From: Balanoglossus misakiensis
Lineage: Eukaryota; Animalia; Hemichordata
Length of the DNA: 64,000 bases
NCBI GenBank assembly: GCA_040954595.2
Contig: CM082588.2
Location: 11,297,398-11,361,397, forward strand
Direction of reading: 5' to 3'
Part shown: piece after piece, positions 27,966 to 40,631 of the stretch
How positions within the stretch are numbered: the stretch's first letter is position 1
Layout: each line of letters opens with the position of its first letter
Notes under the pieces: model-generated
Told to the model about the DNA's origin: nothing
Database searches by the model: none
What the model saw: only the letters and a program-made list of their open reading frames with translations
Made by a program: the position numbers and the translations under genes

Positions 27966-28317
27966 CTGAATGTCAAATAGTTGAACATCATCAATGTGGG
28001 ATTTGTTGTGATGTTGTTACTACTGTAGAATAACGCAGGTGGTTGTTGGACACTTTGCGGTCTGGTCGCGTGACTTTGCCTTGTTAGCCGCCATGCATGT
28101 TGAACGCAAATTATACCATGATGCACTGCAGTTACCCTATACGCTAATAGGTCTATGCATGAACTCTTTGAATAAATTTGCTTCCACGATACAGATGTGA
28201 TTATTTTTCACGTTGCCTCATGCATGTATGGAAAGATACAGGTAAATTCCCAGTTTTCTGATGGGCAACATGTCTACAGCTGTCTCGATTCTACTCTGGT
28301 AGTACTAAATAACTTAC

Positions 28318-28414
28318 CGTTGGTACATGAGTAACATTATTACACCAAGCACTAACACAGCCGCTAAACCTCCCGCAACACCACCAATGATGACAGCTGT
28401 GTCAACGGAGGAAT
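28318..28414 (-). CDS. Exon: transmembrane helix
   Basis: DSSVDTAVIIGGVAGGLAAVLVLGVIMLLMYQR; ttacag/gtaagt. Confidence 0.9.
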
Positions 28415-28681
28415 CTGTAAGAGTTTAAATATTTCTATTTGTCACGGGGGCGATATGCTACGATAAAAGCAAGAAAACCATTCATTATGATGCTTAACTA
28501 TTGTAAAATGGTTAGTTGACCAAAAATCTAGTTATACTGCAGATGTTGCAGTTTCACCATTTTCACAAATATTTTCAAGACAACGTAAACTGTAATCATG
28601 TAGATCAAACAAATGTGTAAACTTTAGTGAATATTGTTTTTCAATCTTGAGTTATTAAAAGACAAAGAAATGTATACACAC

Positions 28682-28810
28682 CTTTAACTTGCATTGGTAT
28701 TCTCTGGCGGCAAGTTTCACCTTGATATTCATCAGTACATTCACAAACAGGATTGCCATCACTGTCCTTGATGCAAACAGCATTGTTTGAGCAGAACCCT
28801 TCACATTTAT
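28682..28810 (-). CDS. Exon: EGF domain
   Basis: DKCEGFCSNNAVCIKDSDGNPVCECTDEYQGETCRQR; tctag acceptor; donor uncertain (28682, or 28688 if another TT donor). Confidence 0.8.
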
Positions 28811-29104
28811 CTAGACACAAGAATAAAATCACATCACATTATTCTACCTGACGAACCATTTGTATTAGACAAGAACTAAACCCACTTGCAGATTCATTTC
28901 TTACAAACGGAACGGAAGTTGTGTGCTGTCGAACATTGATTCACTATATATCCACATGTACCGGGTGAATAACATAAACAGTGTCTTGTATCAAACATAA
29001 TTAATGGAAAAAAGGGCAGCAAGAGCTATACTAAATCAACAGTAGTGTCTACGTTTTAGCTGTACATATTTCTGTTGACATTTCAGTTGTAGATAGTTAC
29101 ATAC

Positions 29105-29227
29105 CTGTACAAGTTATTCCATCACCAGTGAAACCAGTTTTGCAAGTGCATTCATATCCTGGTACAAGATTCCTGCAAGTGGCATTTGGGTGACAGTCAT
29201 CCAGACCAAGACGACATTCATGTGCAT
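29105..29227 (-). CDS. Exon: calcium-binding-type EGF domain
   Basis: DAHECRLGLDDCHPNATCRNLVPGYECTCKTGFTGDGITCT; ttctag/gtatgt. Confidence 0.9.
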
Positions 29228-29307
29228 CTAGAAAACAAAAATTCTTGCAATGTCTTTAACTGACCACCAAATAAAACTATGGGATCTTCATACATATCAC
29301 CAGTTAA

Positions 29308-29490
29308 AGGTATACGGTCACCTATGGAAAATTAGCTATAGTTACCATGGCAAAAGGAGATCTAGCCAATCACAGATTTTCAGTGGGTGGCACATGCAAA
29401 AAAGAGCGCCACCATATGTTCTTTAGAACTCTCATATACTCCATTTCAGCCATATATGGGCGTTTGTAAATTGGAGGTGACTGTATACCT
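29308..29490. mobile_element. Intronic MITE with TTAA TSD (Kolobok-like)
   Basis: TTAA|aggtatacggtcacct ... aggtgactgtatacct|TTAA. Confidence 0.8.
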
Positions 29491-29795
29491 TTAAGTTAGA
29501 TGACTACCCAGATGCAGTGCATGGTTATCACATTCCATAGCCTAACATGTAGAATTCTGAGAAAACAGTATTACAATATTGTTATTTCCGTGAAATTTTC
29601 AGAAAAGGTGTTAAAAGAGGAGCATTATTAAATTATATAAAAATGTTGGATCACACAACATATCAAATGATACTCTAAATAAAGAAGAAAATTTCTTATA
29701 ATGAAGTGTTTGTGTCAGATTGAACAGTTAAGGTTGATCTCCACAAGCACTTCATGCATGTTATCAGTTCTATGATTATGAAAAATTATTCCTAC

Positions 29796-29957
29796 CATCA
29801 CATTCTGTTTCATATAGGGCACCCTCTCTGCCTGTAGTGTAGCCAGTTGGGCATGGTTGACAAGCATCCTGGTTGAATTCAAAGTTATATGTTCCAACAG
29901 GGCATTTCTCACATCTATAGGACTCCTGATTCAAGTACCAACCAACATTGCAGTAAG
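29796..29957 (-). CDS. Exon: GCC2/GCC3 repeat 4
   Basis: YCNVGWYLNQESYRCEKCPVGTYNFEFNQDACQPCPTGYTTGREGALYETECD; aacag/gtagga; 162 nt. Confidence 0.85.
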
Positions 29958-30094
29958 CTGTTGATGGAATGGAAAAAGAGCATAGAATAAAATTGGAGGA
30001 CTATCATTATTCTGAACAACTGAGGCACAATAATACAACCTTCAGTTCAGTACAGTTGAGATACAACATGAAAAGTTGTATACATAATACTTAC

Positions 30095-30262
30095 AAACAT
30101 TACAATCTTCACTTAAGGTTGAACCGACTGCTCTTGTGGTGAAGCCAAATGGGCACGGCATACAAGATGGCTGAAGTTCAGCATTTGATCGATAGGTTCC
30201 CATGGGACACGACTCACAAGACCCATTGACACTAAGTTGGACTCCCACTGATTTACATACCT
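30095..30262 (-). CDS. Exon: GCC2/GCC3 repeat 3
   Basis: VCKSVG..CESCPMGTYRS..CMPCPFGFTTRAVGSTLSEDCNV; ttacag/gtaagt. Confidence 0.85.
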
Positions 30263-30506
30263 CTGTAATTGAGAAGATTAATTTTTTGATATTCACGATT
30301 ATCTGCTTTTCACTCACGTGAATTTGTTAAACTGTTGAATATGTTACATATCTGGCGGTTCTAAAGTAAAAACCTACTCGGAAAAAAGTTTACTGGATGC
30401 CGAAATATTGCTTGCCTGTCACTTACAAATGATAACGCCATGGGTACGTCACATGGCCAGATCATGTGATTGATAGTCAAGAATAGCAAATAACACAAGT
30501 ACCTAA

Positions 30507-30668
30507 CCTGACATTGTGACTCATCAGTAGCTCCTTCAACTAATGTAAGCATTTCCTTTGGGCAAGTATTACACACAAACTTTCCTTCTTCTGATTGCCA
30601 GAATCCAATGGGGCAGCTTTGGCACTAAGAAGTCCCGTTGTCAAAGTAGTGACCAACATCGCACCTCT
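30507..30668 (-). CDS. Exon: GCC2/GCC3 repeat 2, with in-frame stop
   Basis: RCDVGHYFDNGTS*CQSCPIGFWQSEEGKFVCNTCP..GATDESQCQ; 162 nt; followed by ttaggt. Confidence 0.8.
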
Positions 30669-30928
30669 CTGCAATAGACATCATTGTTGAAAAATTATTT
30701 TTTCAACCAAAGAGATGAACATTCCAATTGTCATTCTTTCCATATTGGATCACATCACAATAATTTGATATATACGTCACAATTCCCGTCAAGGGGTATG
30801 GGGTTTTATCGGGCCAGTGGCATGAGTGAGGCTAGACGCTAGTTTTGGAAGCAAAGCGGACAAAATACGGCTAGATACTAGGCTATGGCTGTGGACGAGG
30901 AGGAGATATTGCCTTCTGTTATACATAA

Positions 30929-31090
30929 CAAAACACTGCAAGATGGATAATGATCTCTTTCCCCTGGTGACTCCATTATTTGGACAGGCATTGCATGCTG
31001 TTTGTCCTTCAAGGGGTTGATAATATCCAATTGCACAAGGATGGCACTGACTCAGCTCAGTGTCATGGTACGACCCTTCAGGACACAATA
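30929..31090 (-). CDS. Exon: GCC2/GCC3 (ephrin-receptor-like Cys-rich) repeat 1 (donor reads TT)
   Basis: LCPEGSYHD..CHPCAIGYYQPLEGQTACNACP..QCF; 162 nt; followed by ttatgt. Confidence 0.85.
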
Positions 31091-31684
31091 CTGTGGAAAT
31101 ACAAAATGTTGAAGGCAGATGTATACATTGTTCATGTACTGATCATTATGCATTAATGGTTTAAAACACAACTACAATTGTAACACACAGCATTCATTTT
31201 GGCCAGTTTTTCACTCTTGTGTCTACAAGTGGGATTGCAGTTGTGTGTGGTTGAATGTTGATTCACTATATATCCACATGTAGAATAACATTAACTGTGT
31301 CTTCTATCAAACATAATTAATGGAAAAAGGGCAGCGAGAAAGAGACTTTGTCCCTCCTTGGTATGAGCATATCAAATCAATTATTTCCTTATATCACCTC
31401 TTGGTTGGGTTGTATTTACCACTCACACTTGTCTTTAATTTGTACACTGCGACTCACAACCACACTCGCAGCAATACGGCCCACCTAACAGGTCATATCA
31501 GGCGATATAAACATATTAACATCTACACCTTTTTATAATATTAATTTTGGACACAGTTTTAATCCTTTCACCACCATGGTTCAGTCCAAACCAATTGTTT
31601 TCTATGGTAAGGTTTGACCTCTATAGAGGAAACTGGGAGTGAAAGGGTTAAAGTACATAACAACTGAGGAGTATAGGCACTCAC

Positions 31685-31833
31685 CACATTCTTCTCCAAC
31701 AAGAACACTACCATTGGAACAGAATATTGTACTTTCAACTTGTAATGTCTCAGCGTCGACCGAATATTCAGCTGTATCAAAAGGACCATTGTTGACTGCA
31801 TCTTCAATAACTACAGCTGCAGCATCAGCAGAG
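31685..31833 (-). CDS. Exon: linker into GCC repeats
   Basis: SADAAAVVIEDAVNNGPFD..IFCSNGSVLVGEEC; cattag/gtgagt; phases fit both neighbours. Confidence 0.85.
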
Positions 31834-31902
31834 CTAATGGATAAAACAACATGCAAAAAATTCTTACATATGCCACATTACAATACCAACCGGAAGTGTG
31901 TA

Positions 31903-32110
31903 CTGTAAACTGGGTTGTTTTCACGACAGGAAATTTTCGCGATATTAAAAGAGGCGACTGTTACGTGAGGACGAATTTTCGAGTTCTCGTATTTCACTAA
32001 CTGCATCATTATCTCCAAAAACATTTTACACAACTTTTTATTTTATCGTTTTTTTGACCAGCGCATGTTTTGCAGAAATTTACTGCTCGCGAAAATAACA
32101 CGTTTTGCAG
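31903..32110. mobile_element. Intronic Tc1/mariner-type MITE, TA TSD
   Basis: TA|ctgtaaac..tttcgcga ... tcgcgaaaataacacgttttgcag|TA. Confidence 0.65.
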
Positions 32111-32401
32111 TATATTTCGAATGCATGAATCTTTAGAATACAGGATGCCGCAACATGAAGGAAGGTGGGCAGAACTGATGGGGTTGCCAAAAACTGAAAA
32201 TGTTTGAGTGTTAAAACACAAAATAATTTGTTTTCACTTGCATGAATGGAATATTTTGCAATAATGCAAACACCAGCTGTATAGGGAATACAGAGCTGGT
32301 CCTCACACAGCCTGGGATCAGTACCCTAGACATGTCACCAAAGTCATTTCAATAGAACAGAAGGGGAATAAAATACTCGAAAAATAACAATTACTACTCA
32401 C

Positions 32402-32654
32402 GCATTGGTTGTGAAACTGAACTGAACCACAAGCTGAGTATCAGCCTGTCTCTTTCTTCGGTTTGAGGCGCCGCAGGTTATTTCAAGGTCATCAAAGTTG
32501 CATTCACCGCCACAAATACCAAACAAATCATTCAGATAGTTGATAGTGTTCATAAAACTGATCCTCAATTGCTGGATGACACCATTGTTACATGTACCAG
32601 CCTGTGAATTGTATGACACGCCACAATTCACTCCACGTTGAGTCTTCCCAGGAG
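32402..32654 (-). CDS. Exon: Cys-containing region with RRKR furin-type site
   Basis: PGKTQRGVNCGVSY..CGGECNFDDLEITCGASNRRKRQADTQLVVQFSFTTN; tgcag/gtgagt. Confidence 0.85.
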
Positions 32655-33057
32655 CTGCAGTAGAACAATACAAACAAACAAATTTTGTTAAAGATGCAAT
32701 TTTCAATCTAGCGAACGATGTATTGACTTAGACTGCTAAACCGCTTAGCCAATCAGGAAAGTTACAGCTGCTTACCCAGAACAAAATATTAAGAAAATAG
32801 CTCAAATGTACTGGAGCTTTATATTGGGGTAAGCAGATATGATGTTAACAGATTATCTACCTGTAATCACAACCTTGACATACTGTAAAGCAAGAATTTG
32901 CATTACTCATATTTCTGTTTTCATTTATAACTAAAAGAAAATTGTCTCAATGCTGGAATACCCCCTCTCACAACTCTCTCTCTTTGGAGAATTTTCTGAA
33001 TGTGCATGTGCAACCTGATTATATTTCTTTACTGATACCAAATTTTTTTTTTCTCAC

Positions 33058-33258
33058 CTGAACATCCAGGGAAGGTGAATTCCTCGTCTGGATTCTCAGG
33101 ATTAAAAGATCCTTCACTATGGCAGAGATAGTAAGGTGCTGGCAGGCTTGCAAACTTGTACCCTGGTAAACAATCCACCTGACAGAACACACCCGACTCA
33201 AACTCATTACAGATGGAAATACCTTTAACTGGTGGTGCTGGCTTTTCACAATCAAATG
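33058..33258 (-). CDS. Exon: sushi/CCP-like domain (acceptor reads AT, not AG)
   Basis: FDCEKPAPPVKGISICNEFESGVFCQVDCLPGYKFASLPAPYYLCHSEGSFNP..FPGCS; preceded by cttttacat. Confidence 0.8.
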
Positions 33259-33970
33259 ATGTAAAAGAAAGGAGAACACAGTTTATTTGTCTATATATAT
33301 ATTTTTAATTTTATTTCATCTATCATCCAACAGGCAAATACTACCCAAATGTCTGTGTCTCATATATCATCCAACAGGCAAATACTACCCAAATGTCCAG
33401 GTCTAGGTAACGAACCCACAACCCTAGCCACTAGGGCACAATGCCTCTTTTACCAGGTTCACACAGGGTAAAATTTGAGACACTATTTGCCAGTGCTAAC
33501 CACAGAGCATTAATCCTTTGAGTCATGTTGTGTCCACACACACAAAGTTTATGTATGGGCGCTGAGGCTCGGCCCCATAGACAATGGGTTGCGGAGAGGT
33601 GTTAATCCTTACACCGGCTCAGGTCTGGCTGGCAGAGCCGTCTAAAATCTGAGACGTTTCAGGACCACTTACACCGTCCACACATGTTTTTTTAAGACAG
33701 TATCAATTCTGAGATGCTTCAGAACTGTCTTAATGGTGTATGTGTGACACCCATATTTATTACACAGTCAAATCTTTTAAACAGAACACCAACACATTAA
33801 CATGTTTCTATGTAAAAGGGACTAGGAAAAGCTGTTGGTTGAAGAGAGGTTTCCCGATTAGACAGGGTTTGTTTTAGACGGGTTTGAGTGTCCTTGTATG
33901 TTCTGAATGATGTTGTTATAATTTTTGATAGTTACATAGGGACAAAAGTGATAATGATGCAATCATATTA

Positions 33971-34160
33971 CTGTAAAACGGCAAATTTTCCCAAACTTCG
34001 GCAAAAAAGAAGAAGAAGATAAAGTCGCATAAAATGTTTTTCAGAGATAACAGAGTAGTTAGTAAAATACTAGAATGCGGAAATTTAATTCTCGTGTCAC
34101 AGTTGCCTCTTTTGATATATTGCAAAATATTTTCTGTCACGAAAATGTCCCGTTTTACAG
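33971..34160. mobile_element. Intronic Tc1/mariner-type MITE, TA TSD
   Basis: TA|ctgtaaaacggcaaattttc ... gaaaatgtcccgttttacag|TA; similar to 31903-32110. Confidence 0.75.
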
Positions 34161-34257
34161 TATGTGACAAGACATAACAAGGGGTAGAGATGACAATTTG
34201 TCAAGATATTAATTAATTTGTAAAGTTTATGTAGGAATGATAAAAAAATTCACTCAC

Positions 34258-34353
34258 GCAGTACATAGAGTAAAAAGTTGCACTGTGCATTGTTGCCAGC
34301 TGTATCTGAAGCAACATAGCTGATCTGGTAGGTTCCCCAGGAAAAGGTGTCAC
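34258..34353 (-). CDS. Exon: HYR domain, C-terminal half
   Basis: GDTFSWGTYQISYVASDTAGNNAQCNFLLYVL; ttacag/gtgagt. Confidence 0.85.
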
Positions 34354-35057
34354 CTGTAAGAACAAAATTATGCACATCATTACAGGCATGGGTGCTAAAG
34401 CCAAAATAGCTTCCGTTTCTTGAATGTTTGTCATGATTTTCTATTCAAACTTAGAATGGTCCATTTAAGTGAGCTATCTGGTGGGTATACACAGGCATAT
34501 TATCAACTCCTGATTGTGACTGTACATATAAACATGAACAAGATATGTATACTAAACAGATATGGTGCCGCACACGTTTATTCAACTGCCCATTGTAAGA
34601 GAACACAACATTTGTGGTATGGGTATCCCCAGTAGTAGTGGAGAATATTAAGTACTTTACTGATTAAAGGCCTTGCTCAACAGTTGGTCAAATCTTTTGT
34701 TTCCAATAAACAATTACGTGCAAACACAAATGCTTTCGAGTTTTAACTTCATTGTACTGCCCTGGGATCGAGGAAAGGGCCTATAAACATATGGTAATAG
34801 TATCAGCAATTGAGGCTTTAATACTTGGAAGCAAGATCATCTGTCGCACATAGGATGTGCTAGCCATATATGAGTAACGGCCACAAGAATAAACTGTACC
34901 AGTATGCTTCATACTGACAATAATCTTAGGAAAGTTGTCTCAGCTTGTTGGTTTCTGTTTAGATCAACTCCCCACCCCACCCCGATAAAAAAAACTTAGT
35001 TAGTGTGAATGTTATATATTATCTATAATCAGAAATGATATTTTATAGGAAACTTAC

Positions 35058-35198
35058 CCATTGTGTAGGTTTGTGTCACATTGGCAATGGCGACATCATC
35101 TGTAAATATAGGCTCCTGCCATACTCCTGTTGTCAAGCTATTAGGACTAATTATACGGGTCGTATTGGGACAGTAAATGACTTCAGGAGCGTGTTTAT
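35058..35198 (-). CDS. Exon: HYR domain, N-terminal half
   Basis: DKHAPEVIYCPN..GVWQEPIFTDDVAIANVTQTYTM; ttcag/gtaagt. Confidence 0.85.
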
Positions 35199-35496
35199 CT
35201 GAAGAAAAAAAATGAAAGAATAACAAATGTTTGTAAATTAAACAACTGGTCCACACCCCATATGCATACACTGGTACATTTAGGTAAATGCACTACTAGA
35301 TGTTAATATCTGTCACATATTCATGAGAAATCCAGATATTGTTAAGTGCTTGTTTTCTGATACATGTGAATAGACTAGATCACTGTCAAGAAACACTACA
35401 AGATAGGACAGGAGTCATGAGATGGTATCCATAGGCATAATAACTGATATGATCAATTACACTCATGATAAGCCTAGTTCTTGGAACAGCAGAAAC

Positions 35497-35590
35497 TGAT
35501 GATGATGATGGTGATGATGATGACGATGATGATGATGATGGTGGTGGTGGTGGTGGTGATGATGATTATGATGATGATGATGGTGATAGT
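35497..35590 (+). repeat. (GAT/GGT)n trinucleotide microsatellite, intronic
   Basis: Direct reading; source of the poly-His and poly-Met ORFs. Confidence 0.9.
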
Positions 35591-35935
35591 GGTTGTGAAT
35601 AGTATCATTACATTCAGTGTTAAATACATGTACGGTAGAAACAAAAAGAGTGAGCGATACAGGCATGGGCAGATGATGATTCCCTATACTTCCTAAAGTA
35701 GGGAGATTGCAGGCTGTGTGATTGGAGTACAACACACAGCAGCTAGGGGCTGGTGAATGTACACAGGAAAAACTACTCAAAATTTCACACAGTTTTCCCT
35801 GGACAGACACAACATTACAAGGAGAGCTGTGTTAAAGTAAGGATTTAGGATTAATCAACTCTGTGAATATGACCCAATTTCTCCTCGTCAGATTATGCAT
35901 AAAATTGTTTGATAGTAATGAATAAGGCTATTTAC

Positions 35936-36222
35936 CAACAGGTGTGCATGGTGAACCAGAGTAACCAATTGGGCACCTGGTACTTCCACAAGCTGATGGC
36001 TGGATTTTGACCACACTACCCAATAACTCTTGATCCATTTCAACCCACATGACATGATTGCCAAGTGGACTTTGTGAACAGTTCAAAGCCAGACTCTGGA
36101 TTTCAACAGGAGTCAATACATAATCGTATACATTCATCTGTGTAACATCACCATGGAAGCTAAAATAGTTGTCAAGGAGTCCATTTTCGTCATAGCTTTG
36201 ACCAAGAATTACCATACAGCTG
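35936..36222 (-). CDS. Exon: pentraxin/LamG C-terminal half plus partial EGF
   Basis: VILGQSYD..FSFHGDVTQMNVYDYVLTPVEIQSLALNC..GNHVMW..CPIGYSGSPC; ttttcag acceptor, gtaaat donor. Confidence 0.85.
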
Positions 36223-37495
36223 CTGAAAAACTAATTAAATATTCACGAGCCACTGCACGTCTACTCATTGGCCCCTATCACCCTACCAAGTTTCAGCCCC
36301 CTAGGTGCAGCGGTTTTCCAGATCTAACTGGCCGAATTTCTCGGAAGAAGAAGAAGAAGAAGAATTAAAGCTGCGAGCAGCATTGTCGGGCCCAAGCGCT
36401 GATCTTGAATTATATATGCACAGTATGAATGAGAAGAAACAGAATTTTCTATCGGATGTATTATCTCATGACATAACAAGGATGTGTGTATTTTTGCTGC
36501 TGAAATAGGGTGAAGTAGGTCAAAGGTCACCTGAGGTCACCCAACATTTGGGCATTTTTTTTTTACCCATACTGGTCCATGTCCAACAAAAACCAAAACT
36601 CTAGCTCTATTGGTTCGCCTGTAATTAGGTATGTGCATAATTAATGAGGTCAGCAGAGGTCAAAGGGGTCATGAAAAGTAGCAAAATATTTTGATCACAC
36701 ACTAATCCACATTCATCAAAAACCAAACCTCTAGCCCTATAGGTTAGCCTGGAATTAGATATGCAGAAATAATAACGCATGATAATTAGGTCAAAGGTCA
36801 TGTGAAAAATCGCCAAAAAATTGTTATATATTTTAGTCACATGACGATTGATATCCATAAAATTAATTTGTATGCTATCAATTTTTGGACTAGAAAAAGG
36901 AATTTCAATTTTTCTCTGTTTTTTACAAAATCCAATATGGCCACCATAATCTTCGACCAATCACAATGCTCTTTGCAAACTTGATAGACATCAGTGTAGT
37001 GACCATACTCCCCGAATCTTGCGACTCAGTCATCGCTCGTTCTGGAGAAGAAGATTTTTGGAGTTTAACTATGGTTTTACGAAAAACCAATAAACCCGCT
37101 GTACCTCCGCATGTCTCCACAAGAGCTAGGCGCTCAAAATCGGTCGGACGCAGACCAGCGGTCTGTCAGGTGTAGTAACCGTAACACCAATAAAGGTAGG
37201 TTTTCATTGATTCTAATAGGTCTCCGTTCATCAACATTTCAAATATTCTCCATAATCCAGTAGTTGCCACTGTACTTGAATGAAATATTTCCTTTCAAAC
37301 TTCCAAATGGTAACCGAATCTCAAATCGCAAATCTTTCCATTTTAATAACGAAGTCGGATGCCGAAATTACCAACTCACTTTTTCTATCGGACTCCATCA
37401 TTCTAATACTTTACTTCAATGTTCAAAAATTGTGTAAAACAATATCCACTCTCAATCTATATTTCAGGTTTAACGGCGTAATGGCATCCCCGGCC

Positions 37496-37730
37496 TTTGC
37501 TCTATCATAGAGGCAAATGGTATTATCTCTTCCAGTGGAAAAGTTGCGGAGCTGTACGTATTCTCCCTTCTGTAATCTGTTCAGCCACTTCGGATTTTCT
37601 TTCCAGAATTTAAGTTCCAGAACGTTGCCATCGTGCTGCATACAAGGCACGCTAAACAGTTTCCCGTTGGCGGAATTCCGGATCTCGACATCCTCCATGA
37701 CGCGCAATTTCACAGCCAGGCCTTGGCTGG
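37496..37730 (-). pseudogene. Inverted copy of OB-fold gene exon A
   Basis: SQGLAVKLRVMEDVEIRNSANGKLFSVPCMQHDGNVLELKFWKENPKWLNRLQKGEYVQLRNFSTGRDNTICLYDRAK, nearly identical to 52585-52820 but flipped relative to its own flanks. Confidence 0.75.
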
Positions 37731-38182
37731 TTGCAGATGATGGAGCTAAGGTACGTAACAATCGCACCCCGAAACGCCTGGGCCCTTTTTTGTGTGTAGT
37801 CATTGTGGGTATGTTAACCTCCCATGTCCTACATTTTTAGAAATTTAGTATACAAAACTGGATGACCGATTATGTTTTAGAGACCTTTCCCGAATCCACC
37901 TGAAGCCCAGTCGGAATGTCTTGGGATGTAACCTAAATTCAATATGGCCGCCTCCATGCATTCACTTGCATTTGAAAATACGTTGATTTTATCGTCGATT
38001 AGCGGTGTTTATTCTCAGTATCAATTTAAACGCGGCACTCGCTTACAAGTCATATTCTAGAAAGAAAGAAAAAATGATAGTTTCGAGTACAGATTACATG
38101 TATTTTAAAACGAGGTTTGGTAACAATGTTATCACTACTAAATGACTTACAATCGATGTTTTTAATTGTCTTTGCACCACAG

Positions 38183-38352
38183 TATGAATCCGGTGATGGT
38201 AAATCGCATTCAACTTAGAAGGCATGGAGAAAGCGCAACTGATGGTAACTAGGATGCCAAACTGAAACTTTTGGGAGAGAAAACCTTGCCATGTATGGAC
38301 GTGGGTGTCACAGTTAAACTTGGGTTAAATACTACAGCGACAACCGAAGTCC
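38183..38352 (+). pseudogene. Decayed paralogue of OB-fold exon C (mirror copy at ~48665-48835, minus strand)
   Basis: cacag/TATGAATC start, ..KLKLLGEKTLPCMDVG.TVKLG-LNTTATTEV, with stops and frameshifts. Confidence 0.65.
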
Positions 38353-40151
38353 CCTTGAGATATGATATGTGGTAGTGCATGTCCACATGAGTGCCGTGTA
38401 CTAGCCTCTCTCTCTGTACATCCATCCAGGCTACTGCTTTCTGTACATTGGAGAGAAATGAGAACAAGATGGTTAAATCATATTTTGTATAAGTTGGTGT
38501 TGACGAAAATAAGATGCATGTGAATTGTAGGACTGAAATGTTTCTGTAATGAATACTAAATTAAAAGTTCACAACTTGCATGCAGATAGTAAGTGCTGGG
38601 GAAGTTGCAGGGTGGAGATTGCTTTGGTTTAGTTAACTTACTCAATCTTTGTGACTGTTGCATTTCTTGATTGATAGAGTAGTGTACATGCATTGGCAGG
38701 TTTTCTAATATGGCCTCCTCTGTACCCAAGGTCTGGCATAAGGTGGGACACTGTAAGTATTTGCCGTCTGACACAGAAGATGCCACTTCTAGAAAAAAAT
38801 AAAAAGGACAGAATGTGATTGGTAAGACACAGAGACGTGAACATGTACACAAAATGATTGGAAATTGGTGGAAGCAAGTACTGCAGTTAATATTTACTCA
38901 TCTATGTCTATTCCCTCAAATATCCCTTCTACCATATCATCACCATTTGGTTCTTTTAACACCTTAGGGAAAAATTGAGAGTTACATTAGAAGCACCGAC
39001 AATAGGAGGGGGGGGGGGTAAGGTTTGCAGAGAACAGGTTTTTTTTATGAACATTTGTGAAAATCAGAAATTAGTGACATGTAGGATTTCAATTTTATGA
39101 TGTAACATTGTTTTCTTTTCAACATCAGTTCTCTGAGTAAAAAGATGGCCATGTAAATTTTCTCTAAGTTTGTTAGAGAAATAAAGTACATGTACAACTT
39201 TAGTGTTTCACTAATTGAGTTTCAGTGTTCTTGTATTGTCTCCTTTGCCCCATGTCAACCTCAAAGTAAATATCAAATTTGCCATTTTTGACTTATTTAT
39301 CCTTGTAGTGGGCCACATAGCATTTTAGTGCAACTTATGAAAATCTGAAGAACCAAATGCCTAATTGACCCACTCTGCACAGATTTATTTCAATGGTACT
39401 GACTTGATGATCGGTATAGCGCCCTCTGTGGTAGGGGGTGGGGGGTTAACCTAGCCTTTATATGTTTATCCCTGTCCGGTTTCATTCCAATTGTATCTAT
39501 GGTAACCTTATTATCAGCAGTAAATGCCACAATTGTAAAACAGCAATAATTTTAGTATCAAGCACTCTGTGGAATTAAATATACCCTGTGTATTCTTTGT
39601 TTCCCATTAGTAATCATGCAACCTTGCCATTTTGGGCCTTCTGATTTGCTGTATGTGCTCACTAGTCCTTCCCAACGTCTCTGAATTAGAAGGCCATTGT
39701 CATTTGTATAGTGTAGACACATTTCATTTTAGTACAACTGATGAAAGTCTCGTGAAAAACCAAATGCTTAATTTACCCACTGTGCAAAGATTATCTGAAT
39801 GATATTGTGTTGATCGTCATATAGTATAGCGCCCTCTGCGATAGTATTTGGATGATTGTGCCAGGGAGAAGGGGGTACTGAGGGAGCAGATGCAGATGAC
39901 AGCAAGGCATATCCACTGAACAATGAGACGGTACGTGTTGTCAGCATTCAGGGAGAGTAAAAAGGGGAGCGCAAGAGACCAGGATGAAGAGACGAGCAGT
40001 ATTGCATCATCTGTGGAAAAAAATGCCAAGAGAAGGTAAGTGTGGAAGACAAGCACTTAGGGGTTATAAACAAATGTTTTTTTGTGGACACATTTTAGTA
40101 TCAAGCATTGTGGAATTAAATATACACAGTGTGTGTTGTGTGTTAGATAGG

Positions 40152-40631
40152 TACATACATACATACATACATACATACATACATACATACATACATACAT
40201 ACATACATACATACATACATACATACATACATACATACATACATACATACATACATACATACATACATACATACATACATACATGCATGCATACATGCAT
40301 GCATACATGCATACATACATGCATACATACATGCATACATGCATACATACATGCATACATACATGCATACATGCATACATACATGCATGCATACATACAT
40401 GCATACATACATGCATACATACATGCATGCATGCATACATACATGCATGCATGCATACATACATACATACATACATGCATGCATACATACATACATACAT
40501 ACATACATACATACATACATACATACATACATACATACATACATACATACATACATGCATACATGCATGCATACATACATGCATACATACATGCATACAT
40601 ACATGCATGCATACATACATGCATACATACA
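40152..40631 (+). repeat. (ATAC)n/(ATGC)n compound microsatellite, ~480 bp
   Basis: Direct reading. Confidence 0.97.

Larger units (their letters stand above)
27701..36222 (-). pseudogene. 3' portion (14 exons) of uninflatable/SVEP1-like type I membrane protein; probably a disabled, 5'-truncated copy
   Basis: Phase-compatible exons encode pentraxin/LamG, HYR, sushi, RRKR furin site, four GCC2/GCC3 repeats, cbEGF, EGF, TM and an NPMY tail. Lesions: in-frame TAG 30625-30627, AT acceptor 33259-33260, TT donors 30927-30928 and 30505-30506. No upstream exons recognised in the next 28 kb. Confidence 0.75.

Noticed and set aside
35463-35810. Poly-His and poly-Met ORFs
   Set aside because: Intronic (GAT/GGT)n microsatellite
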